This document shows, in pieces, positions 12,755 to 26,068 of a stretch of 64,000 nt of DNA. Position numbers and translations under genes: made by a program. This DNA is from Azolla caroliniana (lineage: Eukaryota; Plantae; Polypodiophyta). Position 1 is the stretch's first letter. The number at the start of each line of letters is the position of its first letter. The notes under the pieces were generated by a model, which saw only the letters and a list, made by a program, of their open reading frames with translations, had not been told where the DNA came from and did not search any database. The stretch is from contig JBHGNT010000015.1 in the NCBI GenBank assembly GCA_043228905.1, positions 10,974,001 to 11,038,000 of the forward strand, given 5' to 3'.

Positions 12755-15700
12755 TCGAAAATAGAATGGAGATAATTTATTACTGGTTTTTACATATTTA
12801 TTTGAATTAGAGAACCAATAACTATGAGTATGAAGAAATTCTAACTTCTAAATTAGTAATTCTAATAGTGTTTTGATCACTCATTCACTTTCCATGATTT
12901 GTGTGTTGAAATGATATGTTTTTTTATTTGAATTTCAAACTTCAATTGTGTTCTCCACTTTCATTTTAATTTTTAAAATATGTATATCACGTGTATTGAA
13001 ACATAGATAACCATGTGGTATCCATGGACAATAAAGATAATTGGTATTTACTCTATAGTACTCAAATTTCAAGTATCTTTGTACTCAATGTATTTAACAA
13101 ATTTAACGTATTTAATGAATTTAGTGTATTCAACGAATTCAACGTATTTAACATATTTAATGTATTCAACATATTTTACCTTTAAAATACGTATTCTAAG
13201 AACTTATATATATATATTTAGAATACTTATAAAATACGTAGCATACGTATTGTATGCGTACAGTATGCTACGTATGTTACAACCATGCACTGCTCCAGTA
13301 CGCCTAATCAATCCTCGCCATGATCACCCTCGACAGGATGATCGTCAGGGTTCACCACCTAGATTTCGAGAAGCTGAGTGACACCGGTACAACGAACGAT
13401 ACCGACGTGACGATAGGTATTTGTCCAAAGAAGATCGTTATCGGCCAGACAATCGGTACCAGCCCGAGGAGGATCGTTATCAGCTGAACACTGGGTACCA
13501 GCCCAAGGAAGATCGTTATCGGCCATGGGAGGAACGTTATCAACTAGTGAATGACTACTACCGATACGTTCGGAATGAGAATTATGACCCAAGACATCAT
13601 TTCGACCAAACGCACGATCGACGGCCTCATCAACATAATCGAGGTCATCAACAATCAGGAAATATTCGATGACCTCAACATAATCAACGTCGCGACCCAC
13701 CGCGTCCAGATTATCATCAGTCGTCTTCTCACACTTAGCCTCGAGAGGATTCCCACCGAGCACAGCAGTACACCGCACTACCCAGAGAAGAAAACCCACG
13801 GCCCTATCAAACATCTCAATTCGAGCCAGGGGAGTCAAGCAATTCGGCGCCGATCACATGTTTTAACTGCAATCAACCAAGGGATTATGCCACACAGTGT
13901 CAAGTCATTGATTGCGGCAAAGGTCCTGTCATTAATATCATCACGGCCAAGGTCCAACAGGTTACAACAAGAAGAAAGACCCAACACACGCAATGGGAAG
14001 TCCAGGATGAAGTCCAACAAGCCGCGACAGAATGGGTTGAGAAAACTAATAACACAAATGTCGATCGCATGCATACCGAGATGAAAGATATCATTGTCGG
14101 TACGTCGACCTCTTCACAGCCCACCAGGCCGCCGGACGACGACCCCATTTGGCAGGCACTCACTAGTTGCCCGATAACCATGCCCTTAAATAAGCTCCTG
14201 CAACTACTTCCATTGTTCAAGGACATGGTGGCATCCTTAACTACTGGCAAAGAACAGACAACCATGCCTGTGCACCTTGGTGAGCCGAAGGAAGGTTCAC
14301 CACTAATAAACTTCCAGAACCCCACTATCAAGATCGTTATAAAAGGGAGGGATGTCCACTACTGCATTATCGATGGAGGATTAGGGGTCAATGTCATTAG
14401 CGAAGCCACGTGTCAAGATCTCGGTATCACCCAATCAGAGCCATGCCCATTTTGGCTCCGTATGGCGGATACATGATCCATCCGACCAATGGGTTTAATT
14501 CGACACCTCGATGTTATTATGGGAGGCCACACTTTCACGATTTCGGTGGTAGTGTTACGCCTCGACACTCTAGGCACTTACCCGATCGTCCCTGGTTATG
14601 CACGACCAACATTAACCAACATTGGTAACAAAATATGATATCATTCCGACGCGAAAAAACAAAGGTTTGTGTCATCACAGAGGTGCGAATCTATACCCCA
14701 CAAGACACCACTCCATTATACGCAGATGTCATTCAGATGCTCGAGGGACTCGTCAATGAGGAAGTCCACCACTTCCTGGAGGACCACTCGACGATTGTTC
14801 CATTGTTCAAGATCAACATCATAACAACCGCCAACCCTTATGTCTCCGAGCAGGCCAAAGAAGAGAAATATATCAACCGAGAACCCGATCCGAAATCGGT
14901 CGATGAATTACAATGTGCACGCAAAGCGCTCGAACATGAGCTTGAAATATCTCAAGGTGTGAAGGCATCAACACTAGAGGAGATTAATCTTGGCACCACT
15001 ACAGATCCACGAAAACTAAAAATAGCAAAATAATTGGCATCCGATGAACGCTCAACATTGGTCAGGTGGATCACTGAATACCATAATGTTTTTGCATATC
15101 GTACAGTGACATGAAGGGGTTAGACCCGGCACCAGATCCATCTGCAGCATGATGCATGACTTGTACAACAATGTCGCTACAAAATGAATCCTAATTATGC
15201 AGCACAAATGGAGGAAATCGACAAACTCCTTAGGGTGGGTTTTATTCAGCCAATCAAAAGGGCAACATGGTTAAGCCCTATCGTGGTCATTCCAAAACAA
15301 AACAGACAAATTAGGGTTTGCATCAACTACGGAAAGCTAAACGCAACGACCATCACCGACTCATTTCATCTTCAGTTTACGAATGGTGTGCTCGATGTTG
15401 TGGCAAGCCATGAACACTATAGTTTTTTGGACGGATTCAATGTGTACAATCATATCCGCATGCACCCCAACAACCAAGAGAAGACAACATTTGTAAGAGA
15501 ATGGGGTGTTTTTGTTGAAGTCATAATGATGTTCGAATTGAAAACGGCATCAGCCACCTTCCAATGTATCATTGTAGAAACTTTCGATGACTATATTCCG
15601 GCCTTCATGCAAGTCTTTCTCAACGATTTTGTTTTCTATGGCCGACAAATAGAGCATCTCGATCAGTTATGCCTCTGCCTCGATCATTGTCGACAAGCCC

Positions 15701-17864
15701 GACTAAGTCTAAACCCCGCGAAATGTGCATCTTACATCTCTAGCGACACTCTGCTTGGGCACATCGTCAGCCGCGAAGGGATCGCTATGGACCCCGACAA
15801 AGTTAAGGACATCTTGAACGCCTCGGCCCTGACTACGGCAAAAGCCATCAGCCGATTTTTGGGCCATCTTGAAAGCCTCGGCTCCAAATGACGTCTCATG
15901 CAAATAACGCCTCCAAACTAGTATTAGCAAACGACTTTTGACGGCTGAAAGGAACTATTCAACAATGGAACGAGAAACACTCAGCATGATATACAATGTC
16001 ACAAAGTTTCGGCAGTATCTACTCGGCTGAAAATTTATGTTCCACGTCGATCACTCGGCCTTACTGTATTTAGTCACCAAGCAGACACTGACCGACCGAC
16101 TTGCACGATGGATGCTACTTTTACAAGAATTCGGATTTGACATACACCATCAGCCAGGGGTACAACACGCGGTCACAGACTATTCAAGTTTACACGAATA
16201 AGGGGAACCAATCGAAACCATATATGACAATCTTCCCAAAGCCAACATTTGCGGTTTCGACCCTGCCACACAACCTACCGTCTCCGAGGATGGGTGGATA
16301 AATGACATGATTCATTTCCTCAACATGAGACTTCCACCCAAACACTTGCTCCTCGATGCAAAGAAGTGATTAGCAGTCAGGAGCCAAACTTTTTGCCTGA
16401 TGGCTGACACACTCTACCACAAGGGCTCGGATGGAATCTGGCACCATGCAGTGCGATAGTTTGAGAAGGTCGCTATCCTCCGAGAAATTCATTATGGGAT
16501 CGCTATAGGGCACTATGTGGGAGACACCACGGCTCAGAAAAATTGGGAGAGCGGCTTATGGTGGCCCACAACGCAAAAAGACATCCACGATTTCTGTTGG
16601 CAATGCGATTTATGCCAACGCATTGGGCCAGCCCACCGAGCAAGCCTGAATGCTTGACCAGCCAATTCTTACGCTAGAACCTTTCCAGAAATGGGGTCTG
16701 GACTTCATCAGGCCATTCAAACTGGTTGTGGTTCGCACAAACAATCAATATACCATAGTTGCAACAGAATATTGCACTAATTGGGTCGAAGTGAAGGCGC
16801 TTCGGGACAACACTGTTTAATATGTCAACAACAAAATTCGTTTACGAACACTTAGGGTGCCATTTTGGTTGCCAGATCAATCTCGTCAGCGACCAAGGAG
16901 GTCATTTCCTCAACCGACTTATTCGGGAACTCACGACACACTACACGATGGTCCATCAGAAAAGGACGTCGTACTACCCGCAAGCAAATGGCCTAACTGA
17001 GTCAACAAATAAAACACTGCAGAACATTCTCAAGAAGATTGTGAATGAACACCGAACCAATTGCACAGTGCACTCTATGCATATTGCACAACGTTCAAAA
17101 CAAGTATCAAATCTATATCTTTTCGCCTGGCTTTCAATTTGGAAGCGGTCATGCCTATGGAATTCCAAGTACCGAGTCTACGAGTACAAATCACCGAACA
17201 ACTTCCTGATTCCAAGTCAGAGCGGAAATGACTCAAACAATAACTAGAACTTGAAGAACATCGGATCACCAGTTTGACCCAATTAGAAACGACCAGCGAC
17301 AATGGAAAGCCTTTGTCGACCGCCATCGGAAGGGCTCGGAAAATCATTCGAAATCGATAAACCGGTCCTAGTTTTTCAAACTTGGCTTTGCTCGATGCCA
17401 GGGAAGCTCCGTTTCCAATGGACAGGGCCTTTTTGGATCATTGACGAATTTAATGGGATGTTCGAGCTCGAGACACTAGCCGGCAACATCATGCCGAAAT
17501 GGGTTAATGGGTTTCGGTTAAAAGCGTATCTCAGCCATACCCTGCCAAACCCTTTCGCCGATAAGTGACACAACCACGATTGGCCCATAGTAGGTGAAAC
17601 AGAGGATCTTGGGAGACAATCATGGTAATTACTCTACCTACTCCCCAAAATTGTATACTATGTGAAAAAGAAAAGAAAAAAGACCCGCTAACTCAACTAT
17701 TTAAAGAGCGTGCACACCACACGAGAAAAGAAAGTACAAACGGTTTTGAGATGTGTGGTCTTAAAACCTTATTAAAGAAGGAAAGATTCTAAATCTAGGG
17801 GACAAGGTCATGTCTCGAGAACCGAGGCACATACAAAAAGAAAGGCACCTCAGGCACAACACTG

Positions 17865-18185
17865 ACAGACACACACACACAACCCTCAAGCTCTCTCACC
17901 TTCTACACAACAACTCTCTCGCTCTCACACTCCCTGCACGAAACCTTGCTCTCACTCTTAGCCTCGATACTCTCAAACCTCTTCTCACTGTTCATCTCCT
18001 AAGTCAACCAAGCCACTCAACAGACACACACAGACACACACACACAACCCTCAAGCTCTCTCACCTTCTACACAACCACTCTCTCGCTCTCACACTCCCT
18101 GCACGAAACCTTGCTCTCACTCTTAGCCTCGATACTCTCAAACCTCTTCTCACTGTTCATCTCCTAAGTCAACCAAGCCACTCAA
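17865..18185 (+). repeat. Near-perfect tandem duplication, 165-bp period
   Basis: 17865-18020 repeated at 18030-18185 with about one mismatch. Confidence 0.92.
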
Positions 18186-19043
18186 AGTTTCGAAGGAGCT
18201 TTGCACCTGGTTGAACAAGCATGGCCTGAGTGGATACCTCAAAGTGGTAGAGGCAACCCCCCACCCAAGGCACATGAAATTTGATACCACGTGCATCCTA
18301 ACACCATCATCGACGACTAGATCAGGTCGTTGCTAGGCCTGTAGCGAGGTAGGGACCATGTTACCGAGGCTCCGCCTCAGAACGTTGTCTTGAAGATTTC
18401 CGGCAATAGTGAGAAAACCGGATGAAATGGGCAAAGTTGTCCATGTGCGACATGTGCACATGTGCATTAGGAAATGTATATAAAATAATAGGGGAATATT
18501 TATCCCACATTGTAACATCCTTCCCTCCATGGACTGTAAAAGGAGCGAGGGGTCTCTTCCAGTCAGGCCACATGATTTTTGCTCTTCCCTTGTCTGTACA
18601 TAAGAGGGTGCGAAGAGCCAGTGTGCATGCGTGGGATCCCCCTCTCTTCAATATGGTTGCTTCCGGAACGCATCTAGTCGCAGCCAGATCTATCCGGCTC
18701 GGTTGCTTTCGGGATCGTTTCGGTTAGAGGTGATGGAGGTGATGAGGTATGGTTAGGGGGTGGGGGTGGGTGGTGGTCGGTATCATCGGGTGAGTCGGGG
18801 TCCCACTCCGGGTTGATCTCGGGCAGGGGTATGGTTAGGGGGTGGGCGGGGTGCGGGGGTAGTAGTGCACCAGCAAGAGCCTCGTCGAAGGTCATAAGTT
18901 GGTACTCACGACAAATGTCGAGGTAGAGGTCTAACTCTCGTATGTCGTCAGCCTCGAGATCGGTGGGCCAATTGAATGCAGCACATTCTATATTGAATAT
19001 GTCGGTATGAGACCTGACGTCCTAGGCATTTCTCCAAGCGCGG

Positions 19044-19694
19044 TGTCGCGTTACTACGCGCGTGCGTGGAGAAATGAGGCGGGACCACCGGGGTCTTGAA
19101 CCGAAGAGCAGGTGATAGAAGAGGAAAGAGAAAGAGAGAGACGCCCGGTTGCGTGTGAGCAAAGGAACACAGGGACACGACCCGTCAACGTAGAAAACAC
19201 GAATGGACACAGAGACAAAGAGACACGAAAGTTTGTATATTAACGAATAACAAATACAAAACAGAGCACGCAAGCGGTTACAACCGAACAGGCCGGCGAT
19301 CAGATGTCGATGCCTGTTCGTCTGCGCACGAAAGGGGATAGGATGGAGGTGCTGCCGGAAGCACACGGGCGTTCCTCGAAGCAGCGCGAGCCTCCTGAAA
19401 ACCTGCAGAGAAGAGCAATAGAGAACAAACAAAGGAGAAGCGTTTGGTTACGGTCCGACAGCACTTCGTCCTCCTCAATGCGCGATCCCTTTCTCCCCGC
19501 GTCTCCCTCTCCTTTATAGCTTCAGGAAAGGAGCCGTCTCCCTCATTTACTTCCTACGTACCGAATCTAACTACCCCCGTATATGCCTATGTACTTAATT
19601 CCCTATTATATACATTAAAGGGCGCGCACCCGTGAAGAGCCGGTTCACGCGCGCTATACACCGATTGCGCTAAGGGACGGTTTTCTTCACGACA
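19044..19694 (-). repeat. 3' LTR (651 bp)
   Basis: About 20 substitutions versus 25418-26068 by manual count; PPT GGTTAGGTGGGGGCGGA at 19695-19711. Confidence 0.95.
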
Positions 19695-22600
19695 TCCGCC
19701 CCCACCTAACCGCGCATCCACCGGTATGCGCCAAAATTGTGCTCTGGTTGGAGAAAACCGGCCCGAGTTCCGGTTCTTCGTCCATCGGTTCGTCCTCTGT
19801 TTCGGACTGTTCGTCGTCGCTGTCCAGGCCTCTTAGATCCGGTTCGCCATCGAGGCGCTTCTTGAACGCTTTGATCCGCTTCCCTGCTACCGGTATCGCC
19901 ATCCTCATACCGTCGAGTTCCGCCAGGTGATACGTCCCCTTGTCGTTGGCACTCGTTACCACGTAAGGCCCGAACCACCACTTTGCAAACTGCCGTGTTG
20001 CTCGGTGCTGGTTGTCAAGGCTGCTGTCGTAGACTAGCACCCAGTCGCCTTCCTCGATTTTCTTTGGTCGAAGCCAGTGCGTTCGGTCGAACCGGGCTTT
20101 GTTCCTCATCCTCGCCGTCCGAAGTCTCTTCGCCGCTCGTTCCACGTCCTCTAGCCTCCGCTCAAGCTGCCGGATACGCGCCGCTAGCAGTTCATCCCGA
20201 CTCATCTCGTCTCTCCAGTCCACTGTCGCCCAAGAGGAGATCGTCTGTTCCATCGGCATGATTGGCTTCTGTCCGAACATGAGCTTTGACGGCATGAACC
20301 CGGTTACCGAACTGTGCATTGTCCGGTTCGCCCACAAGGCATAAGGTAACAGTCGTGGCCAGTTCCCGACCTGGCCTCCGCATGCCCAGACTAGCGCTTT
20401 GACGATCGGTCCGTGTCCGTGCTCCACCTTCCCGTTCACTTCCGGATTGTACGCTGTGGTGAGCGAGAGCTTGACCCCTAACCGGTCGAACAACTCCTTG
20501 GCCTCTTCGGCGTCCAACTCCCCGCGGTCAGCCACGATCTTCCCGACGCACCCGTACTGGCATATTAGGTCCTCGATCAGGAACCGACACACGGCCGCGG
20601 TCGTTTTGTTCTACAGGGCTCGGCCTTCCACCTGGTTCGTCAGGTCCTCCCGAGCCAGCACCAGATATCGCATCTGCCCTACGCCCATCGACATCGTCAC
20701 CAAATCTACCATCCATTTGAAGTGGATGGCCGGAGGGTATATAGGATGAAGCTCGTCCCGATGTCGGACTGTGGAGTGTATCTGACAGCTCTCACAAGTT
20801 GTCACGAACCGATGCACGTCCCGGTACAGCCCCGGCCACAAGTACTTCCCCTTTAGTTTCTCGAACATGGCCCACGTCCCACGGTGTCCAGCCCAGGGGC
20901 TGTCGTTGTAGGCCTTCAGCAACTCCTTTTGTTCCTCCTTCATCACCACTACTCGGAGCGGGATGTCGTTTCTCTTCTTTGGGTGCTTCCACAAGTATCC
21001 GTCTCGAAGAAAGAATCGGTACACTTTCTTCCGGATCTGGTTGGCCTCGTCCCTTGTCCATGACGCGCCCGGCGTCATCGTCCTTAAGAATCCTCCAATC
21101 TGCAGCCACTCCCCATCGTACTTGCTCTCGTTAAAATCGTTAAGCGCTGGAGTGCTCCCCCCCTCGATTGTTACGTAAGCCGCCTCAAAGAAGTCCACGC
21201 CGACTTCCTCGTCCTCCGAAACCATGCCGCCCTCGTCGTCGAATCGCGCCCTCGAAAGCATGTCGGCCATGGCATTGTCTTTCCCGGAAATGTGTCGTAT
21301 TTCCGGATCCAGGGACTTGATGTACGCTATCCACCTGAGCATTGCCAGGTCCGGGGTTGCGCATCTGGAAACCATGCCGAGAATCGGCAGGCAGTCCGTC
21401 TTGATAATCACCTCTGTACCGATCATATAGTCTTTATCGGCCTTTACTGCCAAAACGATACCCCAGAGTTCGCGTTTAACCTAGGCGTATCCTCGTTGTC
21501 GCTCGCTGAGGACCTTCGCGCCGAACCGGATTGGGAACCGAATACCGTCCTCATCTTCTTGGTTGACGACCCATCCGATCCTGGTCGGACTTGTATCTAC
21601 CGTTATGTAGATGGGGGTGCCTTTCTCGTAGACAGCCTTCCGGAGCGCCGGAGCTGCAGCAAGAGCCTCCTTCATTTTTCGGACCGACCCCGTATGCTCG
21701 ACTCGCCACTCGAATTTTCGCCCCTTTTTCAGCAACCCGTATAGCGGCTCGGCAACGTGGGCGTAATGCGGGATCCATATGTGGTAGAACGCGCATGCTC
21801 CCAAGAACCTCCGTACCTCCGTGACCGAGTTACAGTCGGGCTTCATCGCGGAGATCACTTCCACCTTAGCCGGAGATAGTTTCCGGCCATACGGTCCGCA
21901 TAGATGTCCGACGACCATGATCTCTGATTGCCCGAAGGCCGATTTCTCCCCGGAGAAGGTGAGCCTCGAGTCCTCTAGCCTCTGCAGCACCCTCTCGCAG
22001 TCGTCAATGTGTGTCGCCACGAATCTCCGGCATCCCTCCGGTCCAATCGTTTCGTCCTTTTCCTCCACCGGACATCCCTTGATCGGGATGTCATCCAAGA
22101 ATGGCATGGTGATGTCCGGGATACAATCCCTCAACACGTTGTTCATCGCATTCACCATGTGGGCCACCGAGTTCGTCCCTCCTTGTGGCAGGGTACACAT
22201 CCGCACTAGGCCGAGAGGAGTCCGCATCGTCGTAATGTCTCAGCTCTCTACGGCTAGTTGGAACTGATTGTACCCTGAGTACAGATCACCGAATGAGTAG
22301 ATCGACCTTCCGGCGAAGGCCTCCGCGAACTCGTCTATCGTTGGTTCGATCCCTGCTTTCCGAATGGTGACTCTGTTGACCGGTTGCAGGTCTTGAATGA
22401 AGCACAACGTCCCGTTCTTCTTCGGTACAGTAAACAACCAGTTCGAGTACGGGGCACTCGACGGTTCGAGGATGCCCATATCGACTTTCTGCCTCAACAG
22501 CTCCATCAGCTCCGGGATGTGAGCTCTCGGTACCGGAATTGGTTTGAGATTCATTGGCACATGCGGTACCGTGAATATCACCATTGGCTTCACGACTGTC

Positions 22601-25400
22601 GGGTCTACGCACCTGATCTCTCCTGGTGAGAATGCGAAGGCTTTCCCGTGCCTTCCGAGCATTCTCCGAAACCGGTCTTCTTCCACCGGCAGTATTTGAG
22701 CTCCCGTTGCGTTCTGTCGGTGAAGGTGTGTCCTATGCAGGCCGGATCTCGTAAACTGGGGTCCGAGGCGACCCCCTTGATTCGCAACTCGCTGCCCTCC
22801 GGTAAGGGTGCCACGACTGGCCTTACCTTCCGGTCCACAGTCTTATACTTCGTGTTAACCCGGGCCGTCCGATCCGAATCGAGCCCTCGACTGAAGTCCG
22901 CGATGACGTCGTACATCTCTTCTGAACAAACCGGTATCGTCGTACACCTCTTTAAGGCCCTCTCCGACCACCTCTCACAGTATTCCCAAGGTATCGTCGA
23001 AGGAGACCGCCTCCACGGCTCCGTTGATTTCTTCGCTGGGCCCAAGAACTCCGCATGCCCGAAGTCGCTCTTCCGCCCTTGTCTTTTCTCGGCCAACGAC
23101 GTCGACTATCGTACACCCTCCGTTATCGGAGAAGCAAAACTTCCTACTTATGGTACAAGGTTTCTTCGGTTTCGCCTCTATCGTACATTTGTGGGGTTTT
23201 CCCGGAGTGTCCGGACTGTCGCAGCCCCACGCCTTGACAACCCTCTCTAAAAATCCTCTCGGTTCTCGCCACCGAGGGACTCACGGTTTCGCTCGTGGTT
23301 CGGTCGCACCGTCAGGAACTGGACCGAATGACGCCCGTCCTGACTCTTGACCCTCGCGTAAGCCGACCCGTTGTCCAGCACCTTGGTCTCCATTCGCATT
23401 GTCGTAATGTACGGTTCTCCCAGTATGACTGGGTGCGAGGACGTCTCCTGCACAAAGAAGTGTTGGTCTATCCCGACGTCGCCGATCTTGACGCGCACGT
23501 TTGGGCAGGCCCCGTGTAGTTCCTCAGTGGCGCGCGTTGCCGCCCGTATCTTCCACCCGTGCTTAGTGTTGATCGGCCATTTCCCTTTCTTGTAGAAGTC
23601 CATGGACATCATGTTTATTTCCGAACCGTGGTCCACCAACGCCACCACCGGTTCCTGAACATCTCCGATCTTCACCGGGGTCTCCATGGTCGCTCGGGCC
23701 CAGTGTGGCCTCGAATAGTGGCTCTCCGCCCACTCGTCTTCCAGTGCCATGTCCTCTATGTGCCCCATCCGCACCTCCACCGGCCTTTCCGGTTCTGTCT
23801 CCGTCGACAGCCTCTTCCTCTTCACCAAGTCCATGATGGAGTCGTGGAACTCCTTTTTGGCGATTCTGAGCACCTCCCGCAACGATAGTTCCACCTTGCT
23901 GTCGAGGATCCGTTCTTCCAGGACCTTCCGTAGGTCCGTGGTCCTTTCAATCTCCGTGCCCAAACGGTATCCGCCCTTCTTGTGGTTATCCCGGGCACTG
24001 GACTCACCGGCCTCGTTCCGTTTCGGCCCGAATCGGGTTTCGTATCTCTGTGAGGGTCCAGCCCCTCCGGTTTTACCTACCCGTTTGTCTTCAACCAGAG
24101 CCTCGTAGTTCTAGCAAGTTGCTTCGACGAAACCCGTCTTTTCTTCGACCGGGTCACTCCACCCGGTTACCTCCTGGACCCGCTTCTCCGTGCGGTCCGC
24201 CTCATCTCTCTTTAGTCGGGCACCGGCGAGGCCTTCCAGCACCGTCGGCCAGAACCCAGCTTTGCTCTCCTTCCGGGCCTCACTGCCTCCGACCCGAATA
24301 CCGGCTGACGCTGAGTAGTGGACGGTCTCCGCGTGCCGGGCCGCCGCCTCCTCCATCAGCCTTTTCATTCCTCCTCGCCTGTCGTTTCGGTTCAGGGCCC
24401 TCCTGGTATCGCTGGTGTGCACCCAACCTTCCCACAAGTACACTACCCTGCTTCTCAAAGCCTCCATAAAGTCCCCGCAGTCTTTCCGGATGTGGCCGAC
24501 CTCGTCGCACCACATGCACCTATTTCCTGCCGGAGGCCGTCGGTCACGAGCCTGATCGCCGCCTTCCCTCCGAGCCTAGGCGATCTGGAGATCCTTTATC
24601 GCCCGTGTCAACTCCTCCAAAGTTGTTCCCCCGGATGAGGCTCTGACCACGCCGGTCGAAGCCGAACCGGTTTCGGGCCACTCTCGGGTCTCTTCCCTTC
24701 GCGCCTGCGGTATCGGTTCGAGCTTCCTTGGTGCGACAGGACCCACCCCGGTCGCCCCTGTATCAGCCCACTCCCACCGTTTGTCAAAACGGCTGCAGAC
24801 TCTTTTTACCGCTGCCCAGTCGGCCGTTAGCCCGTCTTCGGTTTCCAATAAGGAGCCCATTTGCTCCCGATCCTGTGCGTCAACCGATTTGACAAACAGT
24901 AGGACACGACTTGTGTCCAGAACGGTCCGATCGAGCACCGAAAGGCGCGCAAAGCGTTCCTCAAACTCCCAGAGGAGTACCGACGCATTTCTTCCTTTGT
25001 TGGGGGACTCCACCCACTCCATGAAGCTCCGCTTCGAAAGTCGAAGCACGTCATCCAACCCGTATTTCTCCAGGAGCCGTCCTTCGAACTCCTCCCAGGT
25101 CCGGCTCTCCTCCCGGACCTCGAGCACCTCCGCATGGATGCCCGGCATCGCCACTCGAGGGAATCCGGCAAGACGCCTCTCTTCCGGAATATCCCTCATC
25201 AACATCTCCGCCCAGTAGGACGCCAAATAACTCGTGGCATCCTTTCCACTGAACCAGCCGATCATACCGACGATCGCCTCAATAGCCCTTTCAAGGGCGC
25301 CGGTGCCCTCGCGCGCGCTCACTATCCGGTCCACGGCCGAAGCCATGGCCTTTGCAAGATCCGACCCCCTCATCTTCTGCTCCTCTGCCGCCTGCTTCAC
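19687..25400 (-). pseudogene. gag-pol of the full-length Gypsy, with several stops and frameshifts
   Basis: gag 24576-25400 plus CMWCDEVGHIRKDC; PR LVDHGSEIN; RT TLPQGGTNSVAHM and PFLDDIPIKG; RH TVDTS; INT GHRG..CESC, ADRGE, WFGPY. Confidence 0.92.
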
Positions 25401-25413
25401 GTCGGGTTCACCA
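25398..25413 (-). other. Primer-binding site, tRNA-Trp
   Basis: TGGTGAACCCGACGTG is complementary to the 3' end of plant tRNA-Trp (CACGTCGGGTTCACCA). Confidence 0.85.
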
Positions 25414-25417
25414 AATA

Positions 25418-26068
25418 TGTCACGTTACTACGCGCGTGCGTGGAGAAACGAGGCGGAACCACCGGGGTCTTGAACCGAAGAGCAGGTGATAGAAGGGGAA
25501 AGAGAAAGAGAGAGGCGCCCGGTTGCGTGTGAGCAAAGGAACACAGGGACACGGCCCGTCAACGCAGAAAACACGAATGGACACAGAGACAGAGAGACAC
25601 GAAAGTTTGTATATTAACGAATAACAAATACAAAACAGAGCACGCAAGCGGTTACAACCGAACAGGCCGGCGAACAGATGCCGATGCCTGTTCGTCTGCG
25701 CACGAAAGGGGATAGGATGGAGGTGCTGCCGGAAGCACACGGGCGTTCCTCGAAGCAGCGCAAGCCTCCTGAAAACCTGCAGAGAAGAGCAATAGAGAAC
25801 AAACAAAGGAGAAGCGTTCGGTTACGGTCCGACAGCACTTCGTCCTCCTCAATGTGCGATCCCTTTCTCCCCGCGTCTCCCTCTCCTTTATAGCTTCAGG
25901 AAGGGAGCCGTCTCCCTCATTTACTTCCTACCTACCGAATCTAACTACCCCCAGATATGCCTATGTACTTAATTCCCTATTATATACATTAAAGGGCGCA
26001 CACGCGTGAAGAGCCGGTTCACGCGCGCTATACACCGATTGCGCTAAGGGACGGTTTTCTTCACAACA
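25418..26068 (-). repeat. 5' LTR (651 bp)
   Basis: Direct repeat of 19044-19694 at offset 6374; TG...CA ends. Confidence 0.95.

Larger units (their letters stand above)
8121..13287 (+). mobile_element. hAT DNA transposon
   Basis: Perfect 8-bp TSD CACTGCTC (8113-8120 and 13288-13295); imperfect TIRs CTTTGTTGTTAAAAAACGT / CATGGTTGTAACATACGT; subterminal ACGTA repeats; hAT transposase inside. Confidence 0.92.
7813..17568 (+). mobile_element. Non-chromovirus Ty3/Gypsy (Athila/Tat/Phygy-like) gag-pol, degenerate, split by a hAT insertion
   Basis: CX2CX4HX4C knuckles at about 7990-8090 and 13865-13900, protease IIDGGLGVNVI, RT WLSPIVVIPK and YSFLDGF, INT SDQGGHF and YYPQANG, C-terminal WTGPF; gag frame HTTTAP|VRLINPR rejoins across the hAT. 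Confidence 0.9.
19044..26068 (-). mobile_element. Full-length Ty3/Gypsy LTR retrotransposon (7025 bp), tRNA-Trp primed, pol resembling fungal Ylt1-type elements
   Basis: Two 651-bp LTRs, PBS, PPT and gag-PR-RT-RH-INT; probable degenerate 4-bp TSD GCGG/ATGG. Confidence 0.95.

Noticed and set aside
25398-25413. tRNA genes at the tRNA-matching segments (also 3988, 50784, 53357, 63730)
   Set aside because: Only the 3' 11-19 nt including CCA are present next to LTRs, so these are primer-binding sites.
19700-25500. Numerous plus-strand ORFs over the full-length Gypsy
   Set aside because: Antisense shadows of GC-rich gag-pol with no independent motifs.
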